From Escherichia coli (GTDB lineage Bacteria; Pseudomonadota; Gammaproteobacteria; Enterobacterales; Enterobacteriaceae): a stretch of DNA of 64,000 nt. This document shows, one piece after another, positions 1 through 12,489 of the stretch; position 1 is the first letter of the stretch; every line of letters starts with the position of its first letter. The stretch is from NCBI RefSeq assembly GCF_009931435.1, contig NZ_CP043414.1; one strand, 5' to 3'. Position numbers and translations under genes: made by a program. A model generated the notes under the pieces. That model was not told the origin of the DNA and made no database searches. It saw nothing but the letters and a program-made list of their open reading frames with translations.

Positions 1-202
1 TTAACACCAGGCTTATCAGGCGGTCTGGCTTACGCAGCAATTTTTCGACACGTTTGGCCGAGCGATTACCCTGTTTCGCCATATGCCGCAGACGATAGCG
101 GTTGAGGGTCATCATTCCGGTTTCGGACCCGGAAAAATAGGCTGAAATGACCACCATGATGATCAGAATAATGATCAACGTGGTAGTAGATATGTGTTCC
201 AG
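1..202 (-). CDS. corB: 5' portion of CorB/YfjD-family membrane protein gene (partial, runs off window); N-terminus reads EHISTTTLIIILIIMVV..., start codon uncertain
   Basis: Reverse-strand translation matches the N-terminus of E. coli YfjD/CorB as I recall it; synteny next to ypjD. Confidence 0.6.
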   Translation of the reverse strand, partial: MEHISTTTLIIILIIMVVISAYFSGSETGMMTLNRYRLRHMAKQGNRSAKRVEKLLRKPDRLISLVL

Positions 203-222
203 GGGAAACTCCTTTTCTGGGG

Positions 223-1014
223 TTAGCTGATTAACTGCTGGACAATTCGGCTACCGAAGTAGGCCAGTGTCAGAATGACCGCACCCGCAACGTTAAACCA
301 GACGACGCGGCGTCCACGCCATCCTTCATGATAATGTCCCCACAGCAGCACAATATAGACAAACCACGCCACGATAGAGAGCACGGCCTTGTCGATATTT
401 TCCATGCTAAATAAGTTGTGCATGTAGAAGAGACCAGTGCAAAGAGTGAGCGTTAACAGCACCACGCCAATCTGCGTGATGTGGAACATTTTACGCTCGA
501 TACTCATCAACGGCGGCATTTCCTGGTTAAACGCCAGCTTCTTGTTCTTCAGTTGGTAATCAATCCACGCCAGTTGTAATGCATACAGAGCGGCGATAAT
601 CAGCGTGGCATAGGAAAAGAGCGATAAGCCAATGTGAACCAGCATCCCAGGCGTTGCTTCCAGATGGGTGATGTATTCATTGGGCATAAAGGTGGCCAGC
701 GCCAGGTTGATAAGCGCAAAGGCATAGACAATGGGTAGCAGTAACCAGCCACGATTGCGGGAAGCCACGATGGTCATTACCGTACAGATCATCAAACTGA
801 CCAGCGAACCAACGTTCAGTAAGCTGAGGTTTTGTCCGCTATCACCGTCGGGCAGGATGCGGGCTTCCAGAGCGATTGCGTGGCAGACCAGCGCGATGAC
901 CGCAGAAATAATAGCCATGCGCCGCCAGCCGCCGTTTTTTTGCAGCAGACCGGGAACAATCAGCGCAAGACTGACGGAGTAGGCGACAAGCGCGAGCAGA
1001 GCAAAAACGGGCAT
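223..1014 (-). CDS. ypjD: Inner membrane protein YpjD (cytochrome c assembly family); start taken at the internal Met (MPVFALLALV...)
   Basis: ORF 223..1089; multi-TM protein matching YpjD; 263-aa product from the internal start. Confidence 0.85.
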   Translation of the reverse strand: MPVFALLALVAYSVSLALIVPGLLQKNGGWRRMAIISAVIALVCHAIALEARILPDGDSGQNLSLLNVGSLVSLMICTVMTIVASRNRGWLLLPIVYAFALINLALATFMPNEYITHLEATPGMLVHIGLSLFSYATLIIAALYALQLAWIDYQLKNKKLAFNQEMPPLMSIERKMFHITQIGVVLLTLTLCTGLFYMHNLFSMENIDKAVLSIVAWFVYIVLLWGHYHEGWRGRRVVWFNVAGAVILTLAYFGSRIVQQLIS

Positions 1015-1180
1015 AGTAATGTCGACAGTTTGAGCAATAAGAAAGAGAAGCAGTATAGCGTCAGGTGAACGCTGCTCCAACCGTTGCATAACAACAAAGA
1101 CGCCTTCATGTTATACTGCGGCAAAATACTGATGATGTGTCGCGATTGCGGCCAACCGTTTCCACCCCAGGCGAGAGACA

Positions 1181-2542
1181 ATGTTTGATAATTTAACCGA
1201 TCGTTTGTCGCGCACGCTGCGCAATATCAGTGGCCGTGGACGCCTCACTGAAGACAACGTAAAAGATACGCTGCGCGAAGTGCGCATGGCGCTGCTGGAG
1301 GCGGACGTCGCCCTGCCGGTAGTGCGTGAGTTTATCAATCGCGTAAAAGAGAAAGCGGTTGGTCATGAAGTTAATAAGAGCCTGACGCCGGGGCAGGAGT
1401 TCGTCAAAATCGTCCGTAACGAACTGGTTGCGGCGATGGGCGAAGAGAACCAGACCCTGAATCTGGCTGCGCAACCGCCAGCGGTGGTACTGATGGCGGG
1501 CCTGCAAGGTGCCGGTAAAACAACCAGCGTGGGCAAGCTCGGTAAGTTCCTGCGTGAGAAGCACAAGAAGAAAGTGCTGGTGGTTTCTGCTGACGTCTAT
1601 CGCCCGGCGGCAATCAAACAGCTTGAGACGCTGGCAGAGCAGGTGGGCGTTGATTTCTTCCCTTCTGATGTTGGTCAGAAGCCGGTTGATATTGTTAACG
1701 CGGCGCTGAAAGAAGCCAAACTGAAATTCTACGACGTGCTGCTGGTGGATACCGCTGGTCGTCTGCACGTTGACGAAGCGATGATGGACGAGATCAAACA
1801 AGTCCATGCGTCGATTAACCCGGTTGAAACCCTGTTTGTGGTTGACGCCATGACCGGTCAGGATGCGGCCAATACGGCAAAAGCATTCAATGAAGCGTTA
1901 CCGCTGACCGGTGTGGTACTGACTAAAGTCGACGGCGATGCTCGTGGCGGTGCGGCGCTCTCTATTCGTCACATTACGGGCAAACCGATCAAGTTCCTCG
2001 GTGTTGGCGAGAAAACCGAGGCGCTGGAGCCGTTCCATCCGGACCGCATCGCTTCCCGTATTCTCGGCATGGGCGACGTGCTGTCGCTGATCGAAGATAT
2101 CGAAAGTAAAGTTGACCGCGCGCAGGCAGAGAAATTAGCCAGCAAGCTGAAAAAAGGCGACGGCTTCGATCTCAACGACTTCCTTGAGCAACTGCGCCAG
2201 ATGAAAAATATGGGCGGCATGGCTAGCCTGATGGGCAAACTGCCGGGCATGGGGCAGATCCCGGATAACGTCAAGTCGCAGATGGACGATAAAGTGCTGG
2301 TGCGTATGGAAGCCATCATCAACTCGATGACGATGAAAGAGCGCGCTAAGCCAGAAATCATCAAAGGTTCGCGTAAACGCCGTATCGCTGCCGGTTGCGG
2401 TATGCAGGTGCAGGACGTTAACCGTCTTCTGAAACAGTTCGACGACATGCAGCGCATGATGAAGAAAATGAAGAAGGGCGGAATGGCGAAGATGATGAGA
2501 AGCATGAAAGGGATGATGCCGCCGGGATTTCCTGGTCGCTAA
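1181..2542 (+). CDS. ffh: Signal recognition particle protein Ffh (SRP54 GTPase)
   Basis: 453 aa; GTPase motifs GLQGAGKTT, DTAGR, TKVDGD; Met-rich C-terminal M domain. Confidence 0.97.
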   Translation: MFDNLTDRLSRTLRNISGRGRLTEDNVKDTLREVRMALLEADVALPVVREFINRVKEKAVGHEVNKSLTPGQEFVKIVRNELVAAMGEENQTLNLAAQPPAVVLMAGLQGAGKTTSVGKLGKFLREKHKKKVLVVSADVYRPAAIKQLETLAEQVGVDFFPSDVGQKPVDIVNAALKEAKLKFYDVLLVDTAGRLHVDEAMMDEIKQVHASINPVETLFVVDAMTGQDAANTAKAFNEALPLTGVVLTKVDGDARGGAALSIRHITGKPIKFLGVGEKTEALEPFHPDRIASRILGMGDVLSLIEDIESKVDRAQAEKLASKLKKGDGFDLNDFLEQLRQMKNMGGMASLMGKLPGMGQIPDNVKSQMDDKVLVRMEAIINSMTMKERAKPEIIKGSRKRRIAAGCGMQVQDVNRLLKQFDDMQRMMKKMKKGGMAKMMRSMKGMMPPGFPGR

Positions 2543-2600
2543 ATGACCTTATGCGACAGAGTTATTAACTGCTGATTGCATTTTCTCCAGAAATCAGTAA

Positions 2601-2927
<327 letters not shown>

Positions 2928-2945
2928 TCTGTCACGGTGGTCATG

Positions 2946-3494
2946 ATGAGCAAACAACTCACCGCGCAAGCACCTGTTGATCCCATCGTTTTGGGAAAAA
3001 TGGGTTCGTCTTACGGTATTCGTGGGTGGCTCAGAGTGTTTTCTTCCACCGAAGACGCCGAAAGCATTTTTGACTATCAGCCCTGGTTTATCCAGAAGGC
3101 GGGTCAGTGGCAGCAAGTCCAGCTGGAAAGCTGGAAGCACCACAATCAGGACATGATCATCAAGCTGAAAGGCGTTGACGATCGTGATGCGGCGAACCTG
3201 CTGACGAATTGTGAAATTGTCGTGGATTCATCGCAGCTGCCTCAGCTTGAAGAGGGTGACTACTACTGGAAAGACCTGATGGGCTGCCAGGTAATAACCA
3301 CTGAAGGCTACGATCTCGGTAAAGTCATCGATATGATGGAAACCGGATCTAATGACGTTCTCGTCATTAAGGCAAACCTGAAAGATGCGTTTGGTATCAA
3401 GGAACGTCTCGTACCGTTCCTCGATGGGCAGGTTATCAAGAAAGTCGATCTCACTACTCGTTCAATCGAAGTAGATTGGGATCCTGGTTTTTAA
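2946..3494 (+). CDS. rimM: Ribosome maturation factor RimM
   Basis: 182 aa from [10 protein letters not shown]...; operon context. Confidence 0.93.
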   Translation: MSKQLTAQAPVDPIVLGKMGSSYGIRGWLRVFSSTEDAESIFDYQPWFIQKAGQWQQVQLESWKHHNQDMIIKLKGVDDRDAANLLTNCEIVVDSSQLPQLEEGDYYWKDLMGCQVITTEGYDLGKVIDMMETGSNDVLVIKANLKDAFGIKERLVPFLDGQVIKKVDLTTRSIEVDWDPGF

Positions 3495-3524
3495 ACCACC
3501 GGATAAACGGTAAAAGACGGCGCT

Positions 3525-4292
3525 ATGTGGATTGGCATAATTAGCCTGTTTCCTGAAATGTTCCGCGCAATTACCGATTACGGGGTAACTGGCCGGGCAG
3601 TTAAAAATGGCCTGCTGAGCATCCAGAGCTGGAGTCCTCGTGACTTCACGCATGACCGGCACCGTACTGTGGACGATCGTCCTTACGGCGGCGGACCGGG
3701 GATGTTAATGATGGTGCAACCTTTACGGGACGCCATTCATGCAGCAAAAGCCGCGGCGGGTGAAGGCGCAAAGGTGATTTATCTGTCACCGCAGGGGCGC
3801 AAGCTTGATCAAGCAGGCGTCAGCGAACTGGCAACGAATCAAAAATTGATTCTGGTGTGCGGTCGCTACGAAGGTATAGATGAGCGCGTGATCCAAACCG
3901 AAATTGACGAAGAATGGTCAATCGGCGATTACGTTCTCAGTGGTGGTGAGTTACCAGCAATGACGCTGATTGACTCCGTTTCCCGGTTTATTCCGGGAGT
4001 ACTGGGACATGAAGCTTCGGCAACGGAAGATTCCTTTGCTGAAGGATTGCTGGATTGCCCGCACTATACACGGCCTGAGGTGTTAGAAGGGATGGAAGTT
4101 CCGTCAGTGTTACTGTCGGGCAACCATGCTGAGATACGTCGCTGGCGTTTGAAACAGTCGCTGGGCCGTACCTGGCTTAGAAGACCTGAACTTCTGGAAA
4201 ACCTGGCTCTGACTGAAGAGCAAGCAAGGTTGCTGGCGGAGTTCAAAACGGAACACGCACAACAGCAACATAAACATGATGGGATGGCGTAA
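3525..4292 (+). CDS. trmD: tRNA (guanine37-N1)-methyltransferase TrmD
   Basis: 255 aa; SPOUT-family sequence; operon context. Confidence 0.95.
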   Translation: MWIGIISLFPEMFRAITDYGVTGRAVKNGLLSIQSWSPRDFTHDRHRTVDDRPYGGGPGMLMMVQPLRDAIHAAKAAAGEGAKVIYLSPQGRKLDQAGVSELATNQKLILVCGRYEGIDERVIQTEIDEEWSIGDYVLSGGELPAMTLIDSVSRFIPGVLGHEASATEDSFAEGLLDCPHYTRPEVLEGMEVPSVLLSGNHAEIRRWRLKQSLGRTWLRRPELLENLALTEEQARLLAEFKTEHAQQQHKHDGMA

Positions 4293-4330
4293 GCCCCCGA
4301 GATATCAGTTTACCCAGGATAAGAGATTAA

Positions 4331-4681
<351 letters not shown>

Positions 4682-4711
4682 GATTTCGCTTAAGCGACAT
4701 CCTGTTAAGAA

Positions 4712-4740
4712 GGGCTGGCCAATTGGCTGGCCCTTTTTTT
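4712..4740 (+). terminator. Rho-independent terminator after rplS
   Basis: GC palindrome ggccaattggcc followed by T7 run. Confidence 0.75.
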
Positions 4741-4757
4741 ATCTGTTTGCTCGTGTT

Positions 4758-5240
4758 TTAAGGGGTAGTAATCACTACTGCGACGCGGCGGTTCTCGGCG
4801 CGGCCCTGGGCGGTCTTGTTACTGGCTATGGGATATTTTTTTCCTAAACCCTGTGTGGTGAGGTTGCTGCGCGGAATTTGTCCACCTATAGCCCATGCAT
4901 CGGCCACAACATTCGCCCGTTTCAATGATAAGGCTTCGTTGTAACTGTCTTCACCATAGTTGTCGGTGTGTCCATCCATACGGGCATGCGTTAGCCCTGT
5001 CGAGGCCAATTTGGCTGCCATGGTTTGGATCTGTTGCTGGCTTTCCGGGAGCAATTTGTAGTCATTTTTTGCGAACAGAATGGCATCTGATAATCCCAGC
5101 GACCAGTCGCCGGCGGATTCAGTAAATCCATAAGATTGCATAGCGGCAACTTGCTCAGGAGTAAACTTTCCCTGAGGGGACTGGCAGCCAGTCAGTACTA
5201 GCGAGGTGAAAATCAGGGGTGCTACCAGGTGCTTTATCAT
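4758..5240 (-). CDS. yfiB: OmpA-family outer membrane lipoprotein YfiB
   Basis: 160 aa; lipobox LVLTGC; OmpA-like C-terminal domain; yfiRNB operon. Confidence 0.9.
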   Translation of the reverse strand: MIKHLVAPLIFTSLVLTGCQSPQGKFTPEQVAAMQSYGFTESAGDWSLGLSDAILFAKNDYKLLPESQQQIQTMAAKLASTGLTHARMDGHTDNYGEDSYNEALSLKRANVVADAWAIGGQIPRSNLTTQGLGKKYPIASNKTAQGRAENRRVAVVITTP

Positions 5241-5255
5241 ATCGATATATCCTTG

Positions 5256-6482
5256 TTATCTCACCAGCTTTTCGGCACGCTGGTGTTTGGCCTGATACAT
5301 ATTGTGATCGGCCAGCTCTTGTAATTTTTCCGCAGAGGCATGCTCAATGGTCATCGCGTAACCAATGCTTAATGTCATGGTGGTCTGATGACCATTATGA
5401 AGATCAAACGGGCGATTAAAGATTTGTGTCAGTGCTGAGCATATCCGCTGCACTTCAGATTCCGACTGTACACCATAGAGCACCATCGCGAATTCATCGC
5501 CGCCTATGCGGTATGCTTTATGTTGCAGCCCGCCAAATTCTGCTAACCGTTTTGCTACCTCAATCAAGACCCGATCGCCCGTCGCATGACCCCAGGTATC
5601 GTTGATATATTTAAAATTATCGCCATCAAGAAACAGTAACGCCGACGTTTTTCTGGCATCGGAACTGCTCATCAACGTGTTGATGCCGCTACGAAACGCA
5701 GCCCGGTTCGCCAGCCCGGTTAATGGGTCATGTAGCGCGGTACGTAGAAGCTGCGCATTTTTGGCCTGTAAACGAAGCTGCCACTCTTCCATTTCATCCA
5801 GCAGACTGTTGAAGTCGAGAGCGAAGCGGTGAAACTCAGCGATACGTTCTTCCGAAACTCGTCGGGAAAAATTGCGGTTGGAACGCACATCATGTACGAC
5901 ATCGGTGATATTTTTCAGCGCTTCCACCAGGCCATTGTGCAAATGGCGGGTGAGGGTAATTGCGATGCCTGATGCCAGCAGAATACAACCGGTCAGGACA
6001 GCGAGCGAAAACCAGATAAAATGGCTGATCGAGCTGTCGCGAGCGGTTAAGCGTACTTCGCCAATGGTTTCACCATTGTGACGAATCGGCTGAGTGATGG
6101 GGGCAGGGAAGAGCCAGTGGCTTATGAAATTGCTGAAAGTATCGCCTGGATCCTTACGGGTGTAATGCCAGGATGCCAGAATATTTTGCTGCTTATCACG
6201 CACTTCTGCAGTTGAAAATTGCCCTTGCTTCCCCAGCGCTGCCAGTGTTTGAGTTGCTGCAGGGCCATCGGCAAAAACGACCGCTGCTTCCAGACTGTAA
6301 GTCATTGTTGCTGCTGTCAGTGCCAGGTTTTTTTGCGCGTACTGTTTCAGGGTCAGCACCGAGGTCACGGAAAGCAGCAACCAGATCAGCATCATAGTGA
6401 TAAATATGCTGGTCATACTGATGTTGCGTAATGCTCTTTTAAACGTGGGGCGCTTATTAAGAGAATTATCGTTATCCATCAT
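5256..6482 (-). CDS. dgcN: Diguanylate cyclase DgcN/YfiN (membrane GGDEF protein)
   Basis: 408 aa; N-terminal TM/HAMP region; GGDEF domain with RIGGDEF motif. Confidence 0.93.
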   Translation of the reverse strand: MMDNDNSLNKRPTFKRALRNISMTSIFITMMLIWLLLSVTSVLTLKQYAQKNLALTAATMTYSLEAAVVFADGPAATQTLAALGKQGQFSTAEVRDKQQNILASWHYTRKDPGDTFSNFISHWLFPAPITQPIRHNGETIGEVRLTARDSSISHFIWFSLAVLTGCILLASGIAITLTRHLHNGLVEALKNITDVVHDVRSNRNFSRRVSEERIAEFHRFALDFNSLLDEMEEWQLRLQAKNAQLLRTALHDPLTGLANRAAFRSGINTLMSSSDARKTSALLFLDGDNFKYINDTWGHATGDRVLIEVAKRLAEFGGLQHKAYRIGGDEFAMVLYGVQSESEVQRICSALTQIFNRPFDLHNGHQTTMTLSIGYAMTIEHASAEKLQELADHNMYQAKHQRAEKLVR

Positions 6483-6990
6483 TTTTCTTCCGTGCGAGCA
6501 TTAAGACATCTGGGTTCACCTTTACACCGCTACGCGATAAGGCATCCAGGTTTACGGCAAATCTGACGTCATTATTGTGGATGATCAGACAAAAGGCGCT
6601 GCCAATAATGCACTCGGCATTTTGTTCGGCAATTAATAATAACGCCTTTGACGGATATTGTTCGGTTAATTCCATCTGGAATGTTGGTGACTCGTTGCCA
6701 AAATAAAAACCATTGCAGCCTGATATCATCGCCTCTTGTTGAGAGTGAATGATGACAGGCAGATAAGGCAAAGATGTCGCGCCATTCTCTTGTAGGGCGG
6801 TACTAAAACGTGAAGATGAAAAGATACATAACTTTGGTAGGCCTGATAGCGCAGGCCAGCGAGTGTAACTGACAATACCGGAAACCATCGTACGCACGTT
6901 TTTCGCAACGTCTGAAGGTTCCTGAGCGAGTATTGGTGCTCCCGTCAGGAGGAGAATCAGCAGTAAGAACAGACGATGAGAAAAACGCAT
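6472..6990 (-). CDS. yfiR: Periplasmic regulator YfiR (inhibitor of YfiN)
   Basis: 172 aa with signal peptide; overlaps dgcN start; conserved operon. Confidence 0.88.
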   Translation of the reverse strand: MRFSHRLFLLLILLLTGAPILAQEPSDVAKNVRTMVSGIVSYTRWPALSGLPKLCIFSSSRFSTALQENGATSLPYLPVIIHSQQEAMISGCNGFYFGNESPTFQMELTEQYPSKALLLIAEQNAECIIGSAFCLIIHNNDVRFAVNLDALSRSGVKVNPDVLMLARKKNDG

Positions 6991-7139
6991 TCAGGGATCC
7001 TCACCATCTTCGCTTGCAATGCATCGATAATTTTTCAGAATGCTCATTAAAATATCATTCTTTCATGCGGTCGTCATCAATGTGAGAAATAAAACACAAT
7101 GAGTAGAATCTCATGTTTAATTTATTTGTGGGGGGTTAA

Positions 7140-7505
7140 TTAATTTAATCGTATTGTGCTGGCATTTTCATCAGCCCCTTTTTGCCATACTTCATGCAGT
7201 TGGCTGGCATTTTCAACATTGTTGCAGCTGGCAGGAAAGCTTTTACCGGAAAGTCCTCGGGCATAAGTAAAATCGGTCTGGCAAGTTTTCTTTTGTCCTT
7301 CGGCATATCCTTTAAGGTATAGACCGCGATCCGCCTGTGAATCGCTAAATGCATCGTCATCTTTTATGGCGTTGCCCGATATCGCATCTTCCATACCAAC
7401 ATCATACCAGTCGGTGCTGGTCAAGGTTGGCGCGTGAGTATAAGGATCAATCTGACATCCGCTAACCAGTAAAGCCAACAAGGGGGCGATAAACTTTTTC
7501 ATCAT
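7140..7505 (-). CDS. yfiL: Lipoprotein YfiL
   Basis: Start taken at MMKKFIAPLLALLVSGC (lipobox) behind an AGGAG RBS. Confidence 0.75.
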   Translation of the reverse strand: MMKKFIAPLLALLVSGCQIDPYTHAPTLTSTDWYDVGMEDAISGNAIKDDDAFSDSQADRGLYLKGYAEGQKKTCQTDFTYARGLSGKSFPASCNNVENASQLHEVWQKGADENASTIRLN

Positions 7506-7603
7506 TTCTTTCTCCTTTTTCAAAGCATAGCGGATTGTTTTCAAAGGCGATGTAAATTTATTTATACATAAACAAGGATTAAAAGCGCGAATAAATTGCT
7601 TGT

Positions 7604-7643
7604 GTAAAGAAAAATGTACGAAATATGGATTGAAAACTTTACT
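7604..7643 (+). promoter_or_regulatory. TyrR boxes in the aroF promoter region
   Basis: TGTAAAgaaaaaTGTACg and TGGATTgaaaacTTTACT match the TGTAAA-N6-TTTACA consensus immediately upstream of aroF. Confidence 0.7.
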
Positions 7644-7714
7644 TTATGTGTTATCGTTACGTCATCCTCGCTGAGGATCAACTATCGCAAACGAGCATAA
7701 ACAGGATCGCCATC

Positions 7715-8785
7715 ATGCAAAAAGACGCGCTGAATAACGTACATATTACCGACGAACAAGTTTTAATGACTCCGGAACAACTGAAGGCCGCTTTTCCATT
7801 AAGCCTGCAACAGGAAGCCCAGATTGCTGACTCGCGTAAAACTATTTCAGATATTATCGCCGGGCGCGATCCTCGTCTGTTGGTAGTATGTGGTCCTTGT
7901 TCCATTCATGATCCGGAAACTGCTCTGGAATATGCTCGTCGATTTAAAGCCCTTGCCGCAGAGGTCAGCGATAGCCTCTATCTGGTAATGCGCGTCTATT
8001 TTGAAAAACCCCGTACCACTGTCGGTTGGAAAGGGTTGATTAACGATCCCCATATGGATGGCTCTTTTGATGTAGAAGCCGGGCTGCAGATCGCGCGTAA
8101 ATTGCTGCTTGAGCTGGTGAATATGGGACTGCCACTGGCGACGGAAGCGTTAGATCCTAATAGCCCGCAATACCTGGGCGATCTGTTTAGCTGGTCAGCA
8201 ATTGGTGCTCGTACAACGGAATCGCAAACACACCGTGAAATGGCCTCCGGGCTTTCCATGCCGGTTGGTTTTAAAAACGGCACCGACGGCAGCCTTGCAA
8301 CGGCTATTAACGCTATGCGTGCCGCCGCCCAGCCGCACCGTTTTGTTGGCATTAACCAGGCAGGGCAGGTTGCGTTGCTACAAACTCAGGGGAATCCGGA
8401 CGGGCATGTGATCCTGCGCGGTGGTAAAGCGCCGAACTATAGCCCTGCGGATGTTGCGCAATGTGAAAAAGAGATGGAACAGGCGGGACTGCGCCCGTCT
8501 CTGATGGTAGATTGCAGCCACGGTAATTCCAATAAAGATTATCGCCGTCAGCCTGCGGTGGCAGAATCCGTGGTTGCTCAAATCAAAGATGGCAATCGCT
8601 CAATTATTGGTCTGATGATCGAAAGTAATATCCACGAGGGCAATCAGTCTTCCGAGCAACCGCGCAGTGAAATGAAATACGGTGTATCCGTAACCGATGC
8701 CTGCATTAGCTGGGAAATGACCGATGCCTTGCTGCGTGAAATTCATCAGGATCTGAACGGGCAGCTGACGGCTCGCGTGGCTTAA
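7715..8785 (+). CDS. aroF: Tyr-sensitive DAHP synthase AroF
   Basis: 356 aa from [15 protein letters not shown]...; the longer ORF start at 7646 is an upstream extension. Confidence 0.96.
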   Translation: MQKDALNNVHITDEQVLMTPEQLKAAFPLSLQQEAQIADSRKTISDIIAGRDPRLLVVCGPCSIHDPETALEYARRFKALAAEVSDSLYLVMRVYFEKPRTTVGWKGLINDPHMDGSFDVEAGLQIARKLLLELVNMGLPLATEALDPNSPQYLGDLFSWSAIGARTTESQTHREMASGLSMPVGFKNGTDGSLATAINAMRAAAQPHRFVGINQAGQVALLQTQGNPDGHVILRGGKAPNYSPADVAQCEKEMEQAGLRPSLMVDCSHGNSNKDYRRQPAVAESVVAQIKDGNRSIIGLMIESNIHEGNQSSEQPRSEMKYGVSVTDACISWEMTDALLREIHQDLNGQLTARVA

Positions 8786-8795
8786 GAGGTTTATT

Positions 8796-9917
8796 ATGGT
8801 TGCTGAATTGACCGCATTACGCGATCAAATTGATGAAGTCGATAAAGCGCTGCTGAATTTATTAGCGAAGCGTCTGGAACTGGTTGCTGAAGTTGGCGAG
8901 GTGAAAAGCCGCTTTGGACTGCCTATTTATGTTCCGGAGCGCGAGGCATCTATGCTGGCCTCGCGGCGTGCAGAGGCGGAAGCTCTGGGTGTACCGCCAG
9001 ATCTGATTGAGGATGTTTTGCGTCGGGTGATGCGTGAATCTTACTCCAGTGAAAACGACAAAGGATTTAAAACGCTTTGTCCGTCTCTGCGTCCGGTGGT
9101 TATCGTCGGTGGTGGCGGTCAGATGGGACGTCTGTTCGAGAAGATGCTGGCACTCTCGGGTTATCAGGTGCGGATTCTGGAGCAACATGACTGGGATCGA
9201 GCGGCTGATATTGTTGCCGATGCCGGAATGGTGATTGTTAGTGTGCCCATCCACGTTACTGAACAGGTTATTGGCAAATTACCGCCTTTACCGAAAGATT
9301 GTATTCTGGTCGATCTGGCATCGGTGAAAAATGGACCATTACAGGCCATGCTGGCGGCGCATGATGGTCCGGTGCTGGGGTTACACCCGATGTTCGGCCC
9401 GGACAGCGGTAGCCTGGCAAAGCAAGTTGTGGTCTGGTGTGATGGACGTAAGCCGGAAGCATACCAATGGTTTCTGGAGCAAATTCAGGTCTGGGGCGCT
9501 CGGCTGCATCGTATTAGCGCTGTCGAGCACGATCAGAATATGGCGTTTATTCAGGCACTGCGCCACTTTGCTACTTTTGCTTATGGGCTGCACCTGGCAG
9601 AAGAAAATGTTCAGCTTGAGCAACTTCTGGCGCTTTCTTCGCCGATTTACCGCCTTGAGCTGGCGATGGTTGGGCGACTGTTTGCCCAGGATCCGCAACT
9701 GTATGCCGACATTATTATGTCGTCAGAGCGTAATCTGGCGTTAATCAAACGTTACTATAAGCGTTTCGGCGAGGCGATTGAGTTGCTGGAGCAGGGCGAT
9801 AAGCAGGCGTTTATTGACAGTTTCCGCAAGGTGGAGCACTGGTTCGGCGATTACGCACAGCGTTTTCAGAGTGAAAGCCGCGTGTTATTGCGTCAGGCGA
9901 ATGACAGTCGCCAGTAA
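8796..9917 (+). CDS. tyrA: Bifunctional chorismate mutase / prephenate dehydrogenase TyrA
   Basis: 373 aa; aroF-tyrA operon. Confidence 0.96.
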   Translation: MVAELTALRDQIDEVDKALLNLLAKRLELVAEVGEVKSRFGLPIYVPEREASMLASRRAEAEALGVPPDLIEDVLRRVMRESYSSENDKGFKTLCPSLRPVVIVGGGGQMGRLFEKMLALSGYQVRILEQHDWDRAADIVADAGMVIVSVPIHVTEQVIGKLPPLPKDCILVDLASVKNGPLQAMLAAHDGPVLGLHPMFGPDSGSLAKQVVVWCDGRKPEAYQWFLEQIQVWGARLHRISAVEHDQNMAFIQALRHFATFAYGLHLAEENVQLEQLLALSSPIYRLELAMVGRLFAQDPQLYADIIMSSERNLALIKRYYKRFGEAIELLEQGDKQAFIDSFRKVEHWFGDYAQRFQSESRVLLRQANDSRQ

Positions 9918-9925
9918 TAATCCAG

Positions 9926-9951
9926 TGCCGGGTGGCGTGTTTCACCCGGCA
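9926..9951. terminator. Bidirectional terminator between convergent tyrA and pheA
   Basis: Inverted repeat gtgccgggtg / cacccggcac flanked by A/T runs. Confidence 0.75.
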
Positions 9952-9959
9952 CGATTTCA

Positions 9960-11120
9960 TTATGCCGGATCGACTGGTACCACATTCTCGCTTGGGTAAC
10001 AGCCCAGGACTTTCATCGAGCGAGTGATTTCACCTAGCTCTTTCAACGCCTGTTGCATTTCCGCTGATTCCAGATTGGCCTGAATATCCAGATAAAACAT
10101 CTCTTCCCACGGGTTTCCGTGAATCGGGCGTGATTCCAGACGGGTCATAATCAGATTGTGGTTGCGCAGTACCAGCAACGCTTCAACCAGCGCACCAGCT
10201 TGTTGTCCGGTCGCCATTAACAACGTCGTTTTCGCCGGAACCTGGTCAGAAACGTTAATGGCTTTACGTGCCAACACCACAAATCGGGTGAAGTTTTGTC
10301 GCTGATTCGCTTCAATATGCTCCAGTACCTGCAAACCGTACAAAGTGCCGCCAGCTTCGCTTCCCAACGCAGCAACATGCGGTGATTTTGCCTGTGCAAC
10401 CTTTTCCATTGCCGCAGACGTACTTTCGGTATATTCAATCTTCCAGTGCGGATAACGATTAAGGAATTTGCTGCATTGCTGGAATGGCTGCGGATGGCTG
10501 TAGACCGTATTAATGGTGGATAAATCAGTAGTGCCGGAGACCAACAAACAATGATCGATAGTTAACGTCATCTCGCCAACAATCGACAAACTGGTATGTT
10601 GCAGCAGATCGTAAACGTCGTTTATGGCACCGGAGCTGGTATTTTCAATCGGTACGACGGCATAGTCGGCCTGGCCGGTTTCCACCTGATTAAAAATATC
10701 GGCAAATTTGGCGCAGCCACTTTCAATGAATTGCTCAAAGTGACGCGCAGCGTACTGACGAGCGGCAAGATGTGAATAGGAGCCTTTGGGGCCGAGAAAA
10801 GCGATGCGTGCTGAGTGCGGATTAATTTTATTGAGATGTTGCTGGAGCAGTGCCTGCTGAGTTAATACGGAATCTTCAATGATGAGTTGGAACAGGCGAG
10901 TAATGTAATGGGCGTCCAGATGGTGCACTTTACCGAGCGTAATTAATCTTTCCAGCAAATCGCGTTCGCGATCAATATCACGTACCGGGCGATGAGAGAG
11001 CAGTTTGGCTTTTCCCACCTCGACGGCCAGTTCGCGCCGCTCTGCCAGTAATGCTAATAATTTTTCATCCAGCGCGCTGATTTTCTCTCGCAGCGCCAGT
11101 AACGGGTTTTCCGATGTCAT
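9960..11120 (-). CDS. pheA: Bifunctional chorismate mutase / prephenate dehydratase PheA
   Basis: 386 aa; [22 protein letters not shown]... Confidence 0.96.
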   Translation of the reverse strand: MTSENPLLALREKISALDEKLLALLAERRELAVEVGKAKLLSHRPVRDIDRERDLLERLITLGKVHHLDAHYITRLFQLIIEDSVLTQQALLQQHLNKINPHSARIAFLGPKGSYSHLAARQYAARHFEQFIESGCAKFADIFNQVETGQADYAVVPIENTSSGAINDVYDLLQHTSLSIVGEMTLTIDHCLLVSGTTDLSTINTVYSHPQPFQQCSKFLNRYPHWKIEYTESTSAAMEKVAQAKSPHVAALGSEAGGTLYGLQVLEHIEANQRQNFTRFVVLARKAINVSDQVPAKTTLLMATGQQAGALVEALLVLRNHNLIMTRLESRPIHGNPWEEMFYLDIQANLESAEMQQALKELGEITRSMKVLGCYPSENVVPVDPA

Positions 11121-11142
11121 AGTGTTGCCTTTTTGTTATCAA

Positions 11143-11170
11143 TAAAAAAGGCCCCCCGGTTTGGGAGGCC
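11143..11170 (-). terminator. pheA attenuator terminator
   Basis: Minus-strand hairpin ggcctcccaaaccggggggcc followed by U-run, between pheL and pheA. Confidence 0.8.
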
Positions 11171-11218
11171 TTATTGTTCGTCTTCGCATTCTGTTTCACA
11201 CGACGAAACGCCTCCCAT

Positions 11219-11266
11219 TCAGGGGAAGGTAAAAAAGAATGCGAAGAAAAACGGCGTGTGTTTCAT
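11219..11266 (-). CDS. pheL: pheA leader peptide PheL ([15 protein letters not shown])
   Basis: 15-codon minus-strand ORF with seven Phe codons, directly upstream of the attenuator. Confidence 0.9.
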   Translation of the reverse strand: [15 protein letters not shown]

Positions 11267-11320
11267 GTTTGTTTCCTTAGGTGACTTCAGTACAGTACCC
11301 GTACTGTTTTCTCGCTGTCA

Positions 11321-11347
11321 ACAAAAAACGCGCCCGAAGGTGCGTTG
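11321..11347. repeat. attL: left copy of 27-bp direct repeat (acaaaaaacgcgcccgaaggTgcgttg)
   Basis: Matches 49447..49473 with one mismatch; integrase gene lies just inside. Confidence 0.75.
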
Positions 11348-11433
11348 TAAAACCCACTGAATTCAATGTTTTCCCTTTGTTTTCAGTGGGTTTTGTTATT
11401 GGTGGGGGTTACTGATTACCCTATAAAACCCAC

Positions 11434-12456
11434 TTATGTGGATGAAATGTGGATGCCTCCTTTTAACGGATTAAGTGAAATTGCATCCTGGAGGAAATCA
11501 GGAGCGAGGTGCGCATAGGTCATAGTTTGCTGGATCGTGGCGTGCCCCATAATTCGCTGGAGCGTAAGTATATTTCCTCCATTAATCATAAAGTGAGCAG
11601 CAAAGGTATGGCGTAGAACATGTACAGCCTGTCCTTTTGGTAGGTCTGGCTTAACACTGCGAAGCACCTTGCGATATTCCTCATAATTGACGTCAAACAA
11701 AAGGCCGGATTTCTTTGTTTTGATCTCACTAACAACTTCATCAGAGACAGGAATAATTCGAACTTTTCCGTTTTTAGTTTTGTTAAACGTCACGCGATTA
11801 TTGATGATGTGTTCCGCGCGCAGATTTTTCGCTTCTCCCCATCTCGCCCCAGTACTGAGACAAAGTAGCGTAATCCGCCGGGCATCACCGCTTACTGCAT
11901 CCAGTAATTTGGCGATTTCTTCCATGGTGAGATACGTCATTTCGGGTGATTTTCGTTTCAAAGAGGGGAGGGCGCGGAGCGGATTTTCTCCGTGAAATTC
12001 CCCGGCATTTGCCAGGAGTGTAAACATTCCTCCGAGATCCGACTCATCACGCCGAACAGTAGACTCTTTTACTCCCAAAGATAAACGGGAGCTTCGATAA
12101 GCGGCCATGAAACGAGCATTAATCTGGCTAACCCTTGGATCATTCATTTCTTTGATGATTTTTTTCAACCTGGTTAGAACGCCGTTAGCATATGGCTTAT
12201 TGCGTCCACCCAATTCCCACCATAACGGAAGCAGATCTGAGAGATGACGTTGCTCTGTTGGCTTTTCAAGCCATTCCTTATCGTGCATGTGGCTGAGAAC
12301 ATAACGCTCAAAGGCCACTGCATCTGCCTTTTTCTTAAAAATCCGCTGAATCCGACGTCCACTTCGGCCACGCGGTCTAACATCCACTTTATACCGTCCA
12401 CCATCGAGCGCTTTAATTGCCATTGGCAAGCCCTCCGGTGAAACGAGGAAAGACAT
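11434..12456 (-). CDS. int: Tyrosine integrase, P2 Int-like (start possibly at 12423, MAIKALDGGRY)
   Basis: Similar to P2 Int as I recall it (LSTGARWGEA, HxLRHTFA, YAH motifs). Confidence 0.9.
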   Translation of the reverse strand: MSFLVSPEGLPMAIKALDGGRYKVDVRPRGRSGRRIQRIFKKKADAVAFERYVLSHMHDKEWLEKPTEQRHLSDLLPLWWELGGRNKPYANGVLTRLKKIIKEMNDPRVSQINARFMAAYRSSRLSLGVKESTVRRDESDLGGMFTLLANAGEFHGENPLRALPSLKRKSPEMTYLTMEEIAKLLDAVSGDARRITLLCLSTGARWGEAKNLRAEHIINNRVTFNKTKNGKVRIIPVSDEVVSEIKTKKSGLLFDVNYEEYRKVLRSVKPDLPKGQAVHVLRHTFAAHFMINGGNILTLQRIMGHATIQQTMTYAHLAPDFLQDAISLNPLKGGIHISST

Positions 12457-12489
12457 TTCCAGTTTGTAAAACGTAAGAATAATAAAGGG

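Noticed and set aside
1193-2505. Long antisense ORFs inside ffh (204 aa and 178 aa on the minus strand)
   Set aside because: Embedded in a well-supported conserved gene on the opposite strand; codon-bias shadow ORFs.
7646-7714. Upstream extension of aroF (MCYRYVILAEDQ...)
   Set aside because: It overlaps the TyrR-box promoter region; the conserved AroF N-terminus begins at the internal Met.
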